Assembly: GCA_963712115.1 (NCBI GenBank)
Contig: CAVQGX010000042.1
Location: 121,299 to 185,298, forward strand
Reading direction: 5' to 3'
DNA length: 64,000 bases
DNA from: an uncultured delta proteobacterium
Lineage (GTDB): Bacteria > Desulfobacterota > Syntrophobacteria > BM002
Shown piece after piece: positions 52,491-62,684 of the stretch. The notes under the pieces are model-generated. The model made no database searches. It was not told where the DNA came from and worked only from the letters and a program-made list of their open reading frames with translations. The position numbers and the translations under genes are program-made. Position 1 is the first letter of the stretch. Every line of letters starts with the position of its first letter.

Positions 52491-55223
52491 ATGGCTGTAA
52501 CCGGTGCTTGGAATACCGAATTCATTGAGGAGCAATACAGGCTTTGGCAGTCAGATCCAACAACGGTATCCCGAGATTGGCAGTTTTTCTTTCAGGGCTT
52601 TGAGTTGGCCTCTGCCAAAGATTCGGAAGTTGTTCTGGTTTGCGACGAAGACCAGGTCTCACGACAATCTCGGGCGGAGGGTTTGACCTATCGGTATCGC
52701 GATCTCGGCCACCTGCTGGCTTGCCTGGATCCCTTAGCGGCCTGCCCAACTGATCATCCCCTGCTGAACATTGCAGCCTTTGGCCTGACGGATGATGATA
52801 TGGAGCGGGAGTTCTATACCCAGCTTTTCCCGGGCAAGAATCTGGCCTCCCTCCGAGAAATCCTTGCAGCTCTCAGGGAAACTTACTGCCGCTCGGTTGG
52901 TGTGGAATACATGCATCTACAAGACCCTGCAGAACGGCAGTGGTTGCAGGAGCGCATGGAACCGAGCAGAAATCGTCCTGCACTGTCAAGGGATGAAAAA
53001 ATAAGGATCCTGCAAAAGCTTTACCAAGCTTCTCTATTCGAGCAATTCTTACATAAAAAGTATCTTGGGCAGACACGATTTTCTCTGGAGGGAGCTGAGG
53101 CTCTTATCCCCATGCTAGATGCGCTACTCACCCAGGTGGCTGAGCAGGGTTGTAGAGAAATTATCCTGGGGATGGCCCATCGTGGCCGGCTCAATGTTCA
53201 GGTCAATGTCCTGGGTAAATCTTACGGGGAGGTTTTCTGCGAGTTTGAAAGCAATTACGATCCTGACACCATATTTGGCGCTGGAGATGTAAAATACCAT
53301 AATGGTTTCCTGGCCGACCTCAGGACAGCCAAAGATCGGGAGATGAGGGTTTTGCTCCTCAACAACCCCAGCCACTTGGAGTCGGTTAATCCGGTTGTCG
53401 AAGGTTTTGCCCGGGCCCGTCAGGATATATTGGCAGGGGGCAAAGGGCAAAAACCAGTATTGCCTCTGCTCATCCACGGTGACGCCGCCTTTGCCGGCCA
53501 GGGGGTCGTTGCCGAAACTCTAAATATGTCTCAGTTGGAAGGTTATTCCACCGGTGGTACAGTTCACCTTGTGATAAATAACCAGATTGGCTACACCACC
53601 CTCCCCGAGGATGCCCGCTCTACTCGCTATTCCACCGACATGGCCAAAATGCTCATGGTGCCCATTTTCCATGTCCACGGGGAGAATCCTGAGGCCCTCA
53701 TTCACGTTACTAAACTTGCCTGTGATTACCGCATGGAATTCGGCAAAGATGTGGTCATTGACTTGGTCTGCTACCGGCGCTATGGGCACAACGAAGGGGA
53801 TGAGCCTTATTTTACTCAACCACAGATGTACGAGCGCATTAGAGAAAGACCGCCACTTTACAAGATATATGGAGAACAACTGCTCGCTGAGAAGGTTGCA
53901 ATTGAAGATGAGGTCAAAAAAATCGAGGCTGGAATTAACCAGGCTTTGGAAACATCCTTTACGACTATGAGAGAAAAACAGTGCGTCCTTCCCAGGATGC
54001 AATTTTACGAAGACTGGGAAGGACTTCAGGGAGATTACTCTCACAAACCCGCCCTAACAGGTGTCACCAAAAAACAGCTCCTTGCCCTCGCCCGGAGACT
54101 TAACCAGGTCCCCAAAGGGTTCTCCCTTCATCCAAAGCTGGAGGGGCTACTCAAGAAAAGGCTGGAAACCATAGAGAATGGCGCAGGAATTGACTGGGCC
54201 AATGGAGAAGCCCTGGCCTTTGCCTCTCTACTGTCGGAGGGCCATCCTGTCAGGCTTAGTGGCCAGGACAGCCGTCGAGGCACCTTCAGCCAAAGACACA
54301 GCTCCCTAGTGGACACCCAGACTGGGGAAACATTCACTGCCCTGGAATCCCTGGATGACGGGCAGGCAACATTCTATGCTTATGATAGTCTACTCTCTGA
54401 GGCTGGGGTGGTTGGCTTCGAGTATGGCTATTCCCTTGCCCAACCTAATGGCCTGATCATGTGGGAGGCTCAATTTGGTGATTTCGTCAACAACGCACAG
54501 GCAGTAATTGATCTTTACATAAGCAGCGGTCAATCCAAGTGGCAGAGGTTGAACGGGCTTGTATTGCTCCTACCTCATGGCTTCGAAGGAATGGGACCAG
54601 AACACTCAAGTGCCCGTCTCGAGCGATTCCTACAGTTGTGTGCAGAGGAAAACCTTCAGGTTTGTTATCCCACAACACCAGCTCAGTATTTTCACCTCCT
54701 TAGACGTCAGGTAAAGCGTGATTTTCGCAAGCCCCTTGTGGTTATGACCCCCAAAAGCCTTCTCCGAAATCCCCTTGCAGTTTCCAACCTATCAGACCTG
54801 ACCAAAGGTTCCTTCCAAGAAGTCCTTGATCATGGAACTAACAAGAAGACTTCCCGCCGCATAATCTTCTGCAGTGGCAAGATCTGCTACGAACTCTTTC
54901 AGAGGCGTGACGATCTGAAAATTACTGACATTAGCATAATACGACTGGAACAATTCTATCCTTTCCCCCATAAGCAACTGGAAGAAGTTATTGCCAAGTA
55001 TGGTCGGGTTAAAGAGTGGTACTGGGTTCAGGAAGAACCTGAAAACATGGGAGGATGGAACTTTGTCCGCTCCCGCCTTGCCTCTCTGGTGCATAAGCAC
55101 ATCAAGTATGTTGGCAGAAAGGATGCAGCAAGCCCAGCTACCGGTTTTCGCAATATCTACAATAAACAACAAGCGGCGATTATTGAGGAAGCAGTGGGAC
55201 CACCGCCGCCCAAGAAAAAGTAA
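52491..55223 (+). CDS. sucA: 2-oxoglutarate dehydrogenase E1
   Basis: RFSLEG, GMAHRGRLN, GDVKYH, HGDAAFAGQG, GPEHSSARLERFLQ. Confidence 0.96.
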   Translation: MAVTGAWNTEFIEEQYRLWQSDPTTVSRDWQFFFQGFELASAKDSEVVLVCDEDQVSRQSRAEGLTYRYRDLGHLLACLDPLAACPTDHPLLNIAAFGLTDDDMEREFYTQLFPGKNLASLREILAALRETYCRSVGVEYMHLQDPAERQWLQERMEPSRNRPALSRDEKIRILQKLYQASLFEQFLHKKYLGQTRFSLEGAEALIPMLDALLTQVAEQGCREIILGMAHRGRLNVQVNVLGKSYGEVFCEFESNYDPDTIFGAGDVKYHNGFLADLRTAKDREMRVLLLNNPSHLESVNPVVEGFARARQDILAGGKGQKPVLPLLIHGDAAFAGQGVVAETLNMSQLEGYSTGGTVHLVINNQIGYTTLPEDARSTRYSTDMAKMLMVPIFHVHGENPEALIHVTKLACDYRMEFGKDVVIDLVCYRRYGHNEGDEPYFTQPQMYERIRERPPLYKIYGEQLLAEKVAIEDEVKKIEAGINQALETSFTTMREKQCVLPRMQFYEDWEGLQGDYSHKPALTGVTKKQLLALARRLNQVPKGFSLHPKLEGLLKKRLETIENGAGIDWANGEALAFASLLSEGHPVRLSGQDSRRGTFSQRHSSLVDTQTGETFTALESLDDGQATFYAYDSLLSEAGVVGFEYGYSLAQPNGLIMWEAQFGDFVNNAQAVIDLYISSGQSKWQRLNGLVLLLPHGFEGMGPEHSSARLERFLQLCAEENLQVCYPTTPAQYFHLLRRQVKRDFRKPLVVMTPKSLLRNPLAVSNLSDLTKGSFQEVLDHGTNKKTSRRIIFCSGKICYELFQRRDDLKITDISIIRLEQFYPFPHKQLEEVIAKYGRVKEWYWVQEEPENMGGWNFVRSRLASLVHKHIKYVGRKDAASPATGFRNIYNKQQAAIIEEAVGPPPPKKK

Positions 55224-55452
55224 GCAGCAGACCGCGGACAGCTGGAGGACAGAAGACGGAAGTAAGAGGTCAGATTGGGGATTTGGGATGTGAGATGTGA
55301 GATTTCGAATTTCGGGATTGAGGGATTGGGGAATTGGAGAATTAAGAGATTAGGCTTCCTTCTTTTTCCAATCCGTGAATTCCTTAATCCCTGAATTCCT
55401 AAATTTTTAGGCATTTTAGCTCACTTTAGGCACTTTAGACATTTTAGGCACT
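55224..55452. repeat. Intergenic repeat mosaic
   Basis: gattt units, gggattggggaattgg/aattccttaatccct hairpin, tttaggcattttagctcactttaggcactttagac. Confidence 0.85.
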
Positions 55453-55468
55453 CGAAGGTGGAGAAACC

Positions 55469-56725
55469 ATGTTGCTAGAAATTAAAGTCCCAAGCGTGGG
55501 AGAATCTGTAACCGAAGCTACCTTGGCCCAGTGGTACAAAAAAGAAGGCGACCAGGTGCGCAAGGGTGAACTCCTTTTCGTACTCGAGACCGACAAGGTC
55601 ACCCTTGAGATAGAAGCCGAGGCCGATGGGGTTTTGAAAATATCAAAATCGGAGGGCGAGACCATACCAATCGGTGGAATTGTCGGCACAATTGATACGG
55701 AGGCCGCCCCGGAAGCAGTGGAAGAGGTTGCCCCCGCTGAGGCGGTAGAGCCGCCCCCGGCAGCTCCGGCACCACCTGCCGAACCACCGCCGGCAGAGCC
55801 GGCCGCTGAAATCCCTTTAGCAGCAAAGCCAGTTCTACCCCCCTCAGTCCGCAGACTTGTGGCCGAGAGAAACTTGGATGCTTCGAAGATAACGGGCACC
55901 GGGCCTGGAGGGCGAATCACCAAAGGTGATGTAATTCTCTATCTGGAGCAAGCAGCGGTGGCAGTACCCAGTGTGGTTCCGGCACCACAGCCATCTTTGC
56001 CCCAGGAGGTTGCTCCTGCAATTGAAGAGTCCATTACTCGCAAGCCTATGAGCCAGATAAGGCAGCGAATTGCCGCCCGTCTGCTAGAAGCAAAGCAAAA
56101 TACTGCCATGCTCACTACCTTCAATGAAATTGACATGACCAGGGTCCAGGAGATTCGCGCTCATTACAAGGAACCTTTCCACAAAAAGTATGGAGTTAGG
56201 CTTGGCATCATGTCTTTCTTTATCAAGGCGTGTGTGGAGGCCTTGATGGAATTTCCCGAGTTAAACGCCTACATACAAAACAAGGACATCATCTATCACA
56301 ACTACTATCACCTGGGCGTTGCCATTGGTGGTGAACGTGGCCTGGTGGTCCCGGTGATTCGGGATGTGGACAAACTCAGCTTCGCCCAGTTGGAGCAGGC
56401 CATTATAGACTATGTAAAGAAGATCCAGGAAAACCGCCTCGAACTTGCCGACCTCGAGGGCGGCACTTTTACCATCACAAACGGCGGCGTGTTTGGCTCG
56501 CTGCTGAGCACTCCGATTCTAAACATTCCTCAGAGCGGCATTCTGGGCATGCACAAGATCGAGAAACGCCCGGTGGTGTTAGACGGTCAGATAGTAGTGC
56601 GGCCAATGATGTATGTGGCCCTGACCTACGATCACCGCATTGTAGATGGAAGACAAGCAGTAACATTCTTGGTGCGCATCAAGGAGTTCATCGAGGAACC
56701 AGACCGGATTATGATAGAAATTTAG
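55469..56725 (+). CDS. sucB: Dihydrolipoyl succinyltransferase E2
   Basis: Lipoyl ETDKV, GTGPGGRITKGDV, AMLTTFNE, YDHRIVDG. Confidence 0.95.
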   Translation: MLLEIKVPSVGESVTEATLAQWYKKEGDQVRKGELLFVLETDKVTLEIEAEADGVLKISKSEGETIPIGGIVGTIDTEAAPEAVEEVAPAEAVEPPPAAPAPPAEPPPAEPAAEIPLAAKPVLPPSVRRLVAERNLDASKITGTGPGGRITKGDVILYLEQAAVAVPSVVPAPQPSLPQEVAPAIEESITRKPMSQIRQRIAARLLEAKQNTAMLTTFNEIDMTRVQEIRAHYKEPFHKKYGVRLGIMSFFIKACVEALMEFPELNAYIQNKDIIYHNYYHLGVAIGGERGLVVPVIRDVDKLSFAQLEQAIIDYVKKIQENRLELADLEGGTFTITNGGVFGSLLSTPILNIPQSGILGMHKIEKRPVVLDGQIVVRPMMYVALTYDHRIVDGRQAVTFLVRIKEFIEEPDRIMIEI

Positions 56726-56741
56726 TCGCCGTCCGTTGTTC

Positions 56742-56920
56742 GGGCATAGGGCATGGAGCATGGGGCATAGGGAAGGAATTTCGAATTGCGGATTGCGAAA
56801 TTTGAAATTGTCTCGTTGCGATTTGAAAGATGTGAACGATTTTTACGTTTTGAACGACTTCAACGATTTTAACGACCCATTACCTTAACTTTAGACACTT
56901 TAGGCATTTTAGGCATTTTC
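56742..56920. repeat. Intergenic repeat mosaic
   Basis: ggcatagggcatggagcat, aatttcg/attgcg units, aacgacttc units, tttagacactttaggcattttaggcatt. Confidence 0.85.
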
Positions 56921-56956
56921 GTTAATGAGCCAAACCTCAACATGGGATAGAAAAAA

Positions 56957-58384
56957 ATGGCAAAAAATCAAACTTACGACTTAGTCATCATCGGTTCGGG
57001 GCCTGGTGGATACGTAGCAGCAGTGCGGGCGGCGCAGCTAAAGATGAAGGTGGCCTGCATTGAGAAGGAGCCACGGTTGGGTGGTGTTTGTTTGAATTTT
57101 GGCTGCATTCCCAGCAAGGCCCTGCTCGATTCCAGTGAATACTATCATCTTGCCAAGGCTCATTTCGCCGAGCACGGGATAAAGACAGGCACGGTGAGCC
57201 TGGACCTGGCTGCCATGATGGCGAGGAAAGAGCAAGTTGTAGAGGAGCTGACTGACAACGTGCGCAAACTTCTAGAGGGCAATAAGGTTGACATTATCCA
57301 AGGCACCGGTCGCCTTGTGGCCGAAGATCAGGTCGAAGTAGTGAAAAAACCGGGTTCGCGCCGCAAGAGTGATAGTCAAACTCTCAAAGCTAAAGCAATT
57401 TTGTTAGCCACCGGCAGTGCACCACTGGCCGTTCCCGGTCTCGAATTTGACGGCCATCGAATCATCAGCTCTACCGAGGCTTTGACCTTCGATTCTGTCC
57501 CCAAACACCTTGGCATTGTGGGCGGCGGCTATATCGGCCTCGAGTTGGGATCTGTCTGGCTGCGATTGGGATCCAAGGTGACCACAATCGAGATGCTGCC
57601 GCAGATAGCCACCCTCCTGGATGGGCAGGTAGCCCGTGGTCTTGAAAGAATTCTTGCTAAACAGGGCTTGACTTTTCGTCTGCAAACAAAGGCTTCAGGG
57701 GCAAAGGTGTCAGGTCAAAAGGTCCAGGTGAGCCTTGAAAAGGATGGGAAAAAAGAAACCATGAATTGCGACCGCTTACTGGTCGCCGTAGGGCGGAGAC
57801 CTTTGACTCGGGATCTCGGCTTGAAGGAAGTAGGGGTGGAATTGGATCCCAGAACCGGCCACGTTTTGGTGGACGAAAAGTTCCAGACCAATGTCAAATC
57901 TATTTATGCAATTGGCGACCTGATCCCTGGTCCGGCACTGGCTCACACCGCCTCTGCCGAGGGAATCGCTGCGGTTGAATGTATTGCCGGGCTCCCCGGA
58001 GAGGTCAATTACGATGCCATTCCTTCCATAATTTATACCTGGCCTGAAGTGGCAAGTGTGGGGCTCACGGAAGAACAGGCAAAAGAGCGCAACATCGAGT
58101 ACTGTGTCGGCACCTATCCCTTTGCCGGTGCCGGTCGGGCGCGCTGCATGGGTGAAAAAGATGGGTTTGTAAAGATAATAGCCCACTCCAAGACCGACCG
58201 CATCCTGGGCGTGCACATCCTCGGCCCGCGCGCTTCAGATATGATAGCAGAATGTGTTCTGGCGGTGGAATTCGGTGCCAGTTCCGAAGACATTGCCCGA
58301 ACCGTCCACGGCCATCCTACCTTTGCCGAGGCCTTGCAGGAAGCGGCCATGGCGGTGAGAAAGTGCTCGATCTATGCATCCTAA
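56957..58384 (+). CDS. lpdA: Dihydrolipoyl dehydrogenase E3
   Basis: GSGPGG, GGVCLNFGCIPSK, GGGYIG, HGHPTFAE. Confidence 0.96.
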   Translation: MAKNQTYDLVIIGSGPGGYVAAVRAAQLKMKVACIEKEPRLGGVCLNFGCIPSKALLDSSEYYHLAKAHFAEHGIKTGTVSLDLAAMMARKEQVVEELTDNVRKLLEGNKVDIIQGTGRLVAEDQVEVVKKPGSRRKSDSQTLKAKAILLATGSAPLAVPGLEFDGHRIISSTEALTFDSVPKHLGIVGGGYIGLELGSVWLRLGSKVTTIEMLPQIATLLDGQVARGLERILAKQGLTFRLQTKASGAKVSGQKVQVSLEKDGKKETMNCDRLLVAVGRRPLTRDLGLKEVGVELDPRTGHVLVDEKFQTNVKSIYAIGDLIPGPALAHTASAEGIAAVECIAGLPGEVNYDAIPSIIYTWPEVASVGLTEEQAKERNIEYCVGTYPFAGAGRARCMGEKDGFVKIIAHSKTDRILGVHILGPRASDMIAECVLAVEFGASSEDIARTVHGHPTFAEALQEAAMAVRKCSIYAS

Positions 58385-58409
58385 CTGTGTGGGCATGGGG
58401 CATGGCTGA

Positions 58410-59114
58410 TTATTTTCTGGCTCCGGCATTCTTGAGTAGTTGAGCGATTTCAAAGTGGCCACATCTTGCCGCGCAGCTCATGGCAGTTTCCCCAATTTCA
58501 TCTTTCGCGTTCACATCGGCACCTTTACTGACAAGTAGCTCGACCATCTCTTTGTCGCCCCTTTCCGAGGCCAGGTGCAGCACTGTACTATTGAAATATG
58601 CTTTGGCGTTGATGTTGGCGCCGTTGGCAATGAGCATTTTCACCATGTCCTTGTTACCCCATAAAACAGCGAAGAACAGCGGTGTTTGGTTGTTAACCTC
58701 GTCTTTAATCTCTAGGTTGGCGCCGTTGGCGATAAGCACTTGTACCATGATCTTGTCGTCTCTTTGCGCTGCTTGATGCAACGGTGTCCAGCCGTTAACT
58801 TCGTCCTTGGCGTTTACGTCGGCCCCGTTGGCGATTAGCAGTTCCACCATGTCCCTGTGATTCCTTTCCACTGCGAGATGAAGCAGTGTCCGGCCGTAGA
58901 TCCGATCCTTGGTACTGATATCAGCGCCCTGAGCCAGCAGACCTTTCATGGCAGCAGTGTCGCCTTTTAACACCGCTTTGACAAGATCTGCATTTATGTC
59001 CGCTGTATAACCATTAAGCGGGATTAGCATTGCAACTAGCAGGACGATCATCAGCCAGATCGGATGTGTTATTTTCTTATTTGTTACTTTTTTTTGACTT
59101 AACATGAGAACCAC
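58410..59114 (-). CDS. Ankyrin repeat protein with N-terminal signal/TM segment
   Basis: Repeated G.TPLH.A...GADVNAKD units. Confidence 0.9.
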   Translation of the reverse strand: MVLMLSQKKVTNKKITHPIWLMIVLLVAMLIPLNGYTADINADLVKAVLKGDTAAMKGLLAQGADISTKDRIYGRTLLHLAVERNHRDMVELLIANGADVNAKDEVNGWTPLHQAAQRDDKIMVQVLIANGANLEIKDEVNNQTPLFFAVLWGNKDMVKMLIANGANINAKAYFNSTVLHLASERGDKEMVELLVSKGADVNAKDEIGETAMSCAARCGHFEIAQLLKNAGARK

Positions 59115-59744
59115 CTCCCGGTCTTTGTTGCACAGCTAATAACTAAGGATTTACTTACGCCCTCCACCGCATGTTACAAACTAGACTTGCCTACTCTGCC
59201 ATTAATTACGGTAAGCTTTTAATTAGAAAGGACAGGGATTCTTTCAAATCAGTGAATTTCGCTTATTTTTGCTGCGATTTAGCGTTAGCAAGAGCTGATC
59301 GGTGAGGAGGTGCAAAAGACAAATCTGCTACCGGAGGATGAACTCTGACGAAAGGAGGAGTATTTTCGCAGGTTAGTAGGCGTGGGATGTAGAAATACTG
59401 GCAAAATCAATGCTACACCAAGTCGAGGAGAATCCCGGCTAAGATCTTAGACTCCCAACAGAAGAGACAAAGTTCTGGTGGGAGTCAGACTGGCACAGTT
59501 TTAGGTTCACCTTTTAGACCTTAGAAATATACGTTTAAGAGTTTAGAAAGGAAACAACCTGAGACAAGAATACAATCAGGCCATTGATTTGGTCAAATAA
59601 AAAAACATCTATCTATTTTTAGTTGGGCGACTCGGGACGACCGAACATTTTTAGATAATTAGGAAAAATGTAACCCCAACTCCTTCGCTGCGACAGTGTA
59701 GATCCAATCCTTATATCTGAACATCAACCTCCAAACACTGAAAA

Positions 59745-59797
59745 CAAGATATTGTAGCAAGATCTCAAAAGTGAGAGTGTAGATTAAAGTATGTAAT
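59745..59797. repeat. Right half of the ~150-bp inverted-repeat element
   Basis: caagatattgtag...agtgtagattaaagtatgtaa. Confidence 0.7.
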
Positions 59798-59850
59798 CCA
59801 CATTTTAGAAAAAAACGGGATGTCAGTCTCGCCCTCTCTGATTCGCTTTC

Positions 59851-61741
59851 TCACGTCAGCCCTGCCTTGCGCAGGGCATCAAGAAATTTCTCTCTATCCT
59901 CTTCTCTTTTGTATGTGAGTTTCTTTTCAAGTTTCTCCAGGGTAAATTTGGGTTGTATTCTGAGCACTTCAGCTGCTTCAGCCCGAGCTTCCTCATCCCG
60001 TCCTGACAAACTATACACCACAGTCATCATCATGCGGGCTAAGAGATCATTAGGCTCTTGACGGACCGCTTTTTTACACCATGTTATTGCCTCCTCGTAT
60101 TGCCCCGATATAAGCGTAGGACAATCCTAAACTCCATGGGTACATACTCGGCGGGATAGGATTAAGACGTATCGCTTTTTTGTATTCCGAATGGATTCCT
60201 CGCACCTGCCAGCAAAAAAAAGTGTCTTACCCAGATAAAAATGGGCCGTAGCTGAATTAGGATTAAGGGCCACAGCCTTCTCAGCTTCGGCAATGCCCTT
60301 ATCATGCTGTCTGGTCATTGAATATAGGAAGCCCAACCTGCTGTAGGCTTCAGCAAAAGTGTTATCCAGGGCAATAGCCTTTTGTAACGACTCCATGGCC
60401 TTGGCTATAGATTGTTTAGGGGATTTAGTCGTGCCAAGCCACACATCCAACGTGTAGGTTCTACCGAGAGCATAGTAGGCCCAAGCATACTCCGGGTCTA
60501 AGGCAATGGCTTCCTCTGCCAATTGCTTTGCCAAAGCATTACTCTCTGGATTTATCTGGTTAATTAGCTCACTCGCCTGCAAATACTTTAGATAGGCCTC
60601 GAGGTTTTTGGTGCCTTTAGCAGCGGCTTTTACTTCCTCCCCCGCCGTCAGCTTTACCTGCATGGCCGTGATGATGTTCTTGGTGAGGTCGTCTTGAACG
60701 GCAAATATGTCGCTCAGACTTCGGTCATATCGTTTCGCCCATAAATGATGACCATTAAGAGCATCGACCAACTGGGCGGTTATGCGTACCTTGTCTCCAG
60801 CCTTTCTAACACTCCCCTCCAGAACATACCGCACCCCCAGTTCTTCCGCCACTTGCTGAACCTTTAAAGGTTTGTCTTTGTAAGTGAATGTCGAGTTTCG
60901 AGCAATCACAAAGAGCTTTGGAACACTGCCAAGTGCAGGAATGATCTCCTCAGTGAGCCCGTCGCTAAAATAATCCTGCTCGGGGTCGCCGCTCAGGTTG
61001 TTAAAGGGCAGTACCGCAATGGAAGGCTTGTCAGGCAGGGGATATGCCATCCTTTCTACGGAGGCAGTCTCAATTGGAGGAGAAGCGGGAGGTCGGAAGA
61101 TTTCCAAATAGCTACACCCCCTCCCACCAAAACGAGTGCTATGACCACTGCAAGAGCTGCCTTCTGCCACCCCGCAGCGGGCCTTTTCTCTTCAGTGACC
61201 TTTTGAGTGTTTCGGGCCCCGTTGGCACCCTGTATACCCGTATGGGCTTGACGATGTTTTTTACGGTGTGTTCACCTATGTAATCATAGCCCAGGGCCAG
61301 CTTGTTCTCGATCTGCTCGTAGGCGCTCCCTGAGATGCAGATTCCTCCCGGATCGGCCAGACCCTCCACCCGGGCAGCGATGTTGACCCCATCGCCATAG
61401 ATACGCTCACCCTCCTGGATCACATCACCAAGGTTGATACCGATGCGAAACTCCATCTTGCGCTCTTCAGGCAGTTCAGCATTCTTGGCTCTTACCACCT
61501 CCTGGATCTCCACCGCACTCTGCACAGCATCCACCACACTGACAAACTCAGCCAGTATGTTGTCTCCAGGCGAGTCCACCACCCGGCCCCGGTACTTCTC
61601 GATGACCGAGGTTATCACCTTGCGGTGGGCGGTTATGGTGCGGACGGTGGCTTCCTCATCTTCGCCCATGAGGCGGCTATAACCTTTGACATCGGCACTG
61701 AGGATTGCGGTGAGCTTACGTTTAAAGTCTTCTGTAGCCAT
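59851..61741 (-). pseudogene. Class III adenylate/guanylate cyclase + TolB-like + TPR protein, split by at least 2 frameshifts
   Basis: RKLTAILSADVKGYS, FRIGINLGD, GDGVNIAAR; PDKPSIAVLPF; TPRs; pieces in three ORFs. Confidence 0.85.
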
Positions 61742-61965
61742 GCCAATACCTCCTTTAAGCGTTGAAGAGGACAAGCTAACGAACGCTGAGAGCTTGAGCA
61801 TAGCAAAGGGAGGTCAGGTTCAGAGATGTGATCGCTGGAGAATGGGCTGGGACGAGAAAATAGAACTTCTTTCAGATTAGGCGACGGAGGCGGTCGCTGT
61901 CAAGCGAAAGCACAATTTTGAGGCTGTTTGGGCGGGTGCTAGAAAGGAAGAGATCAAAGTGGAGA

Positions 61966-62017
61966 TTACATCCCTTAATTCACACTTTGCTGGATTTCAA
62001 TCTGGCACAAGATATGG
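61966..62017. repeat. Left half of the ~150-bp inverted-repeat element
   Basis: ttacatcccttaattcacact...ggcacaagatat. Confidence 0.7.
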
Positions 62018-62238
62018 TTTCTTGTCAATGTGGAGAACAAGAAAACCCCATCGGCACGGCGCACGTAAACCGATGGGGGACCCTACGATCGAGCGAACCC
62101 TATGTTCAGTCCAGTAAATTTGTGATGCAAACCCGATGCCAAGCAAGAAAACCCCCCCTGACCAGTCCAGCCTAAGACCCATGCGGAGAGGGACTAGGGG
62201 CATTTGGGTTGCAGAAACATTACCACAAGGTCAAAATG

Positions 62239-62364
62239 TTACAGCCTACTCCTGCTCATCTGCTCAGGTTGATTCGTCAAGGCCGCTGGAACCATGTTTG
62301 CAGCGAAGAGAAAGCCAACTACCACGCCGATAACGAAGGCGACTACATAGCCCGAAAGGAACAT
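62239..62364 (-). CDS. 41-aa single-TM microprotein, not in the ORF track
   Basis: AAGGAGG RBS then MFLSGYVVAFVIGVVVGFLFAANMVPAALTNQPEQMSRSRL*. Confidence 0.6.
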   Translation of the reverse strand: MFLSGYVVAFVIGVVVGFLFAANMVPAALTNQPEQMSRSRL

Positions 62365-62457
62365 AGTGATCCTCCTTTTACCTGGCAGGAAGTGCAAAGT
62401 CTATGCCCATCTGGATAGTGAGGAGGGCAGGATGGAGGAGTGAGAGCGGACTTTGTA

Positions 62458-62610
62458 TTACATCCCTTAGATTCACACTCTTCTGTTATTTGCTCAGGCA
62501 CAAGATATTGTGAGTATAAAAAGCGGAACCAAGGACTCTGCATTTTCTTAGTTTAAACCAAGATATTGTAGCTTGGCCTCAAGGGCAAAAGTGTGGATTA
62601 AAGTATGGAA
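62458..62610. mobile_element. ~150-bp element with ~21-bp terminal inverted repeats (MITE- or att-like)
   Basis: TTACATCCCTTAGATTCACACT ... AGTGTGGATTAAAGTATGGAA; two internal CAAGATATTG. Confidence 0.7.
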
Positions 62611-62684
62611 TATTCAGTCAGGCCACAAATTAAAGAAACTGTTTGCCCTGTCCGACTGCAGCGAGTGGTTATAAGAGAGCACCA

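Noticed and set aside
5530-56920. Repeat arrays as CRISPR
   Set aside because: Units are 7-9 bp, degenerate and contiguous, with no regular unique spacers and no cas genes
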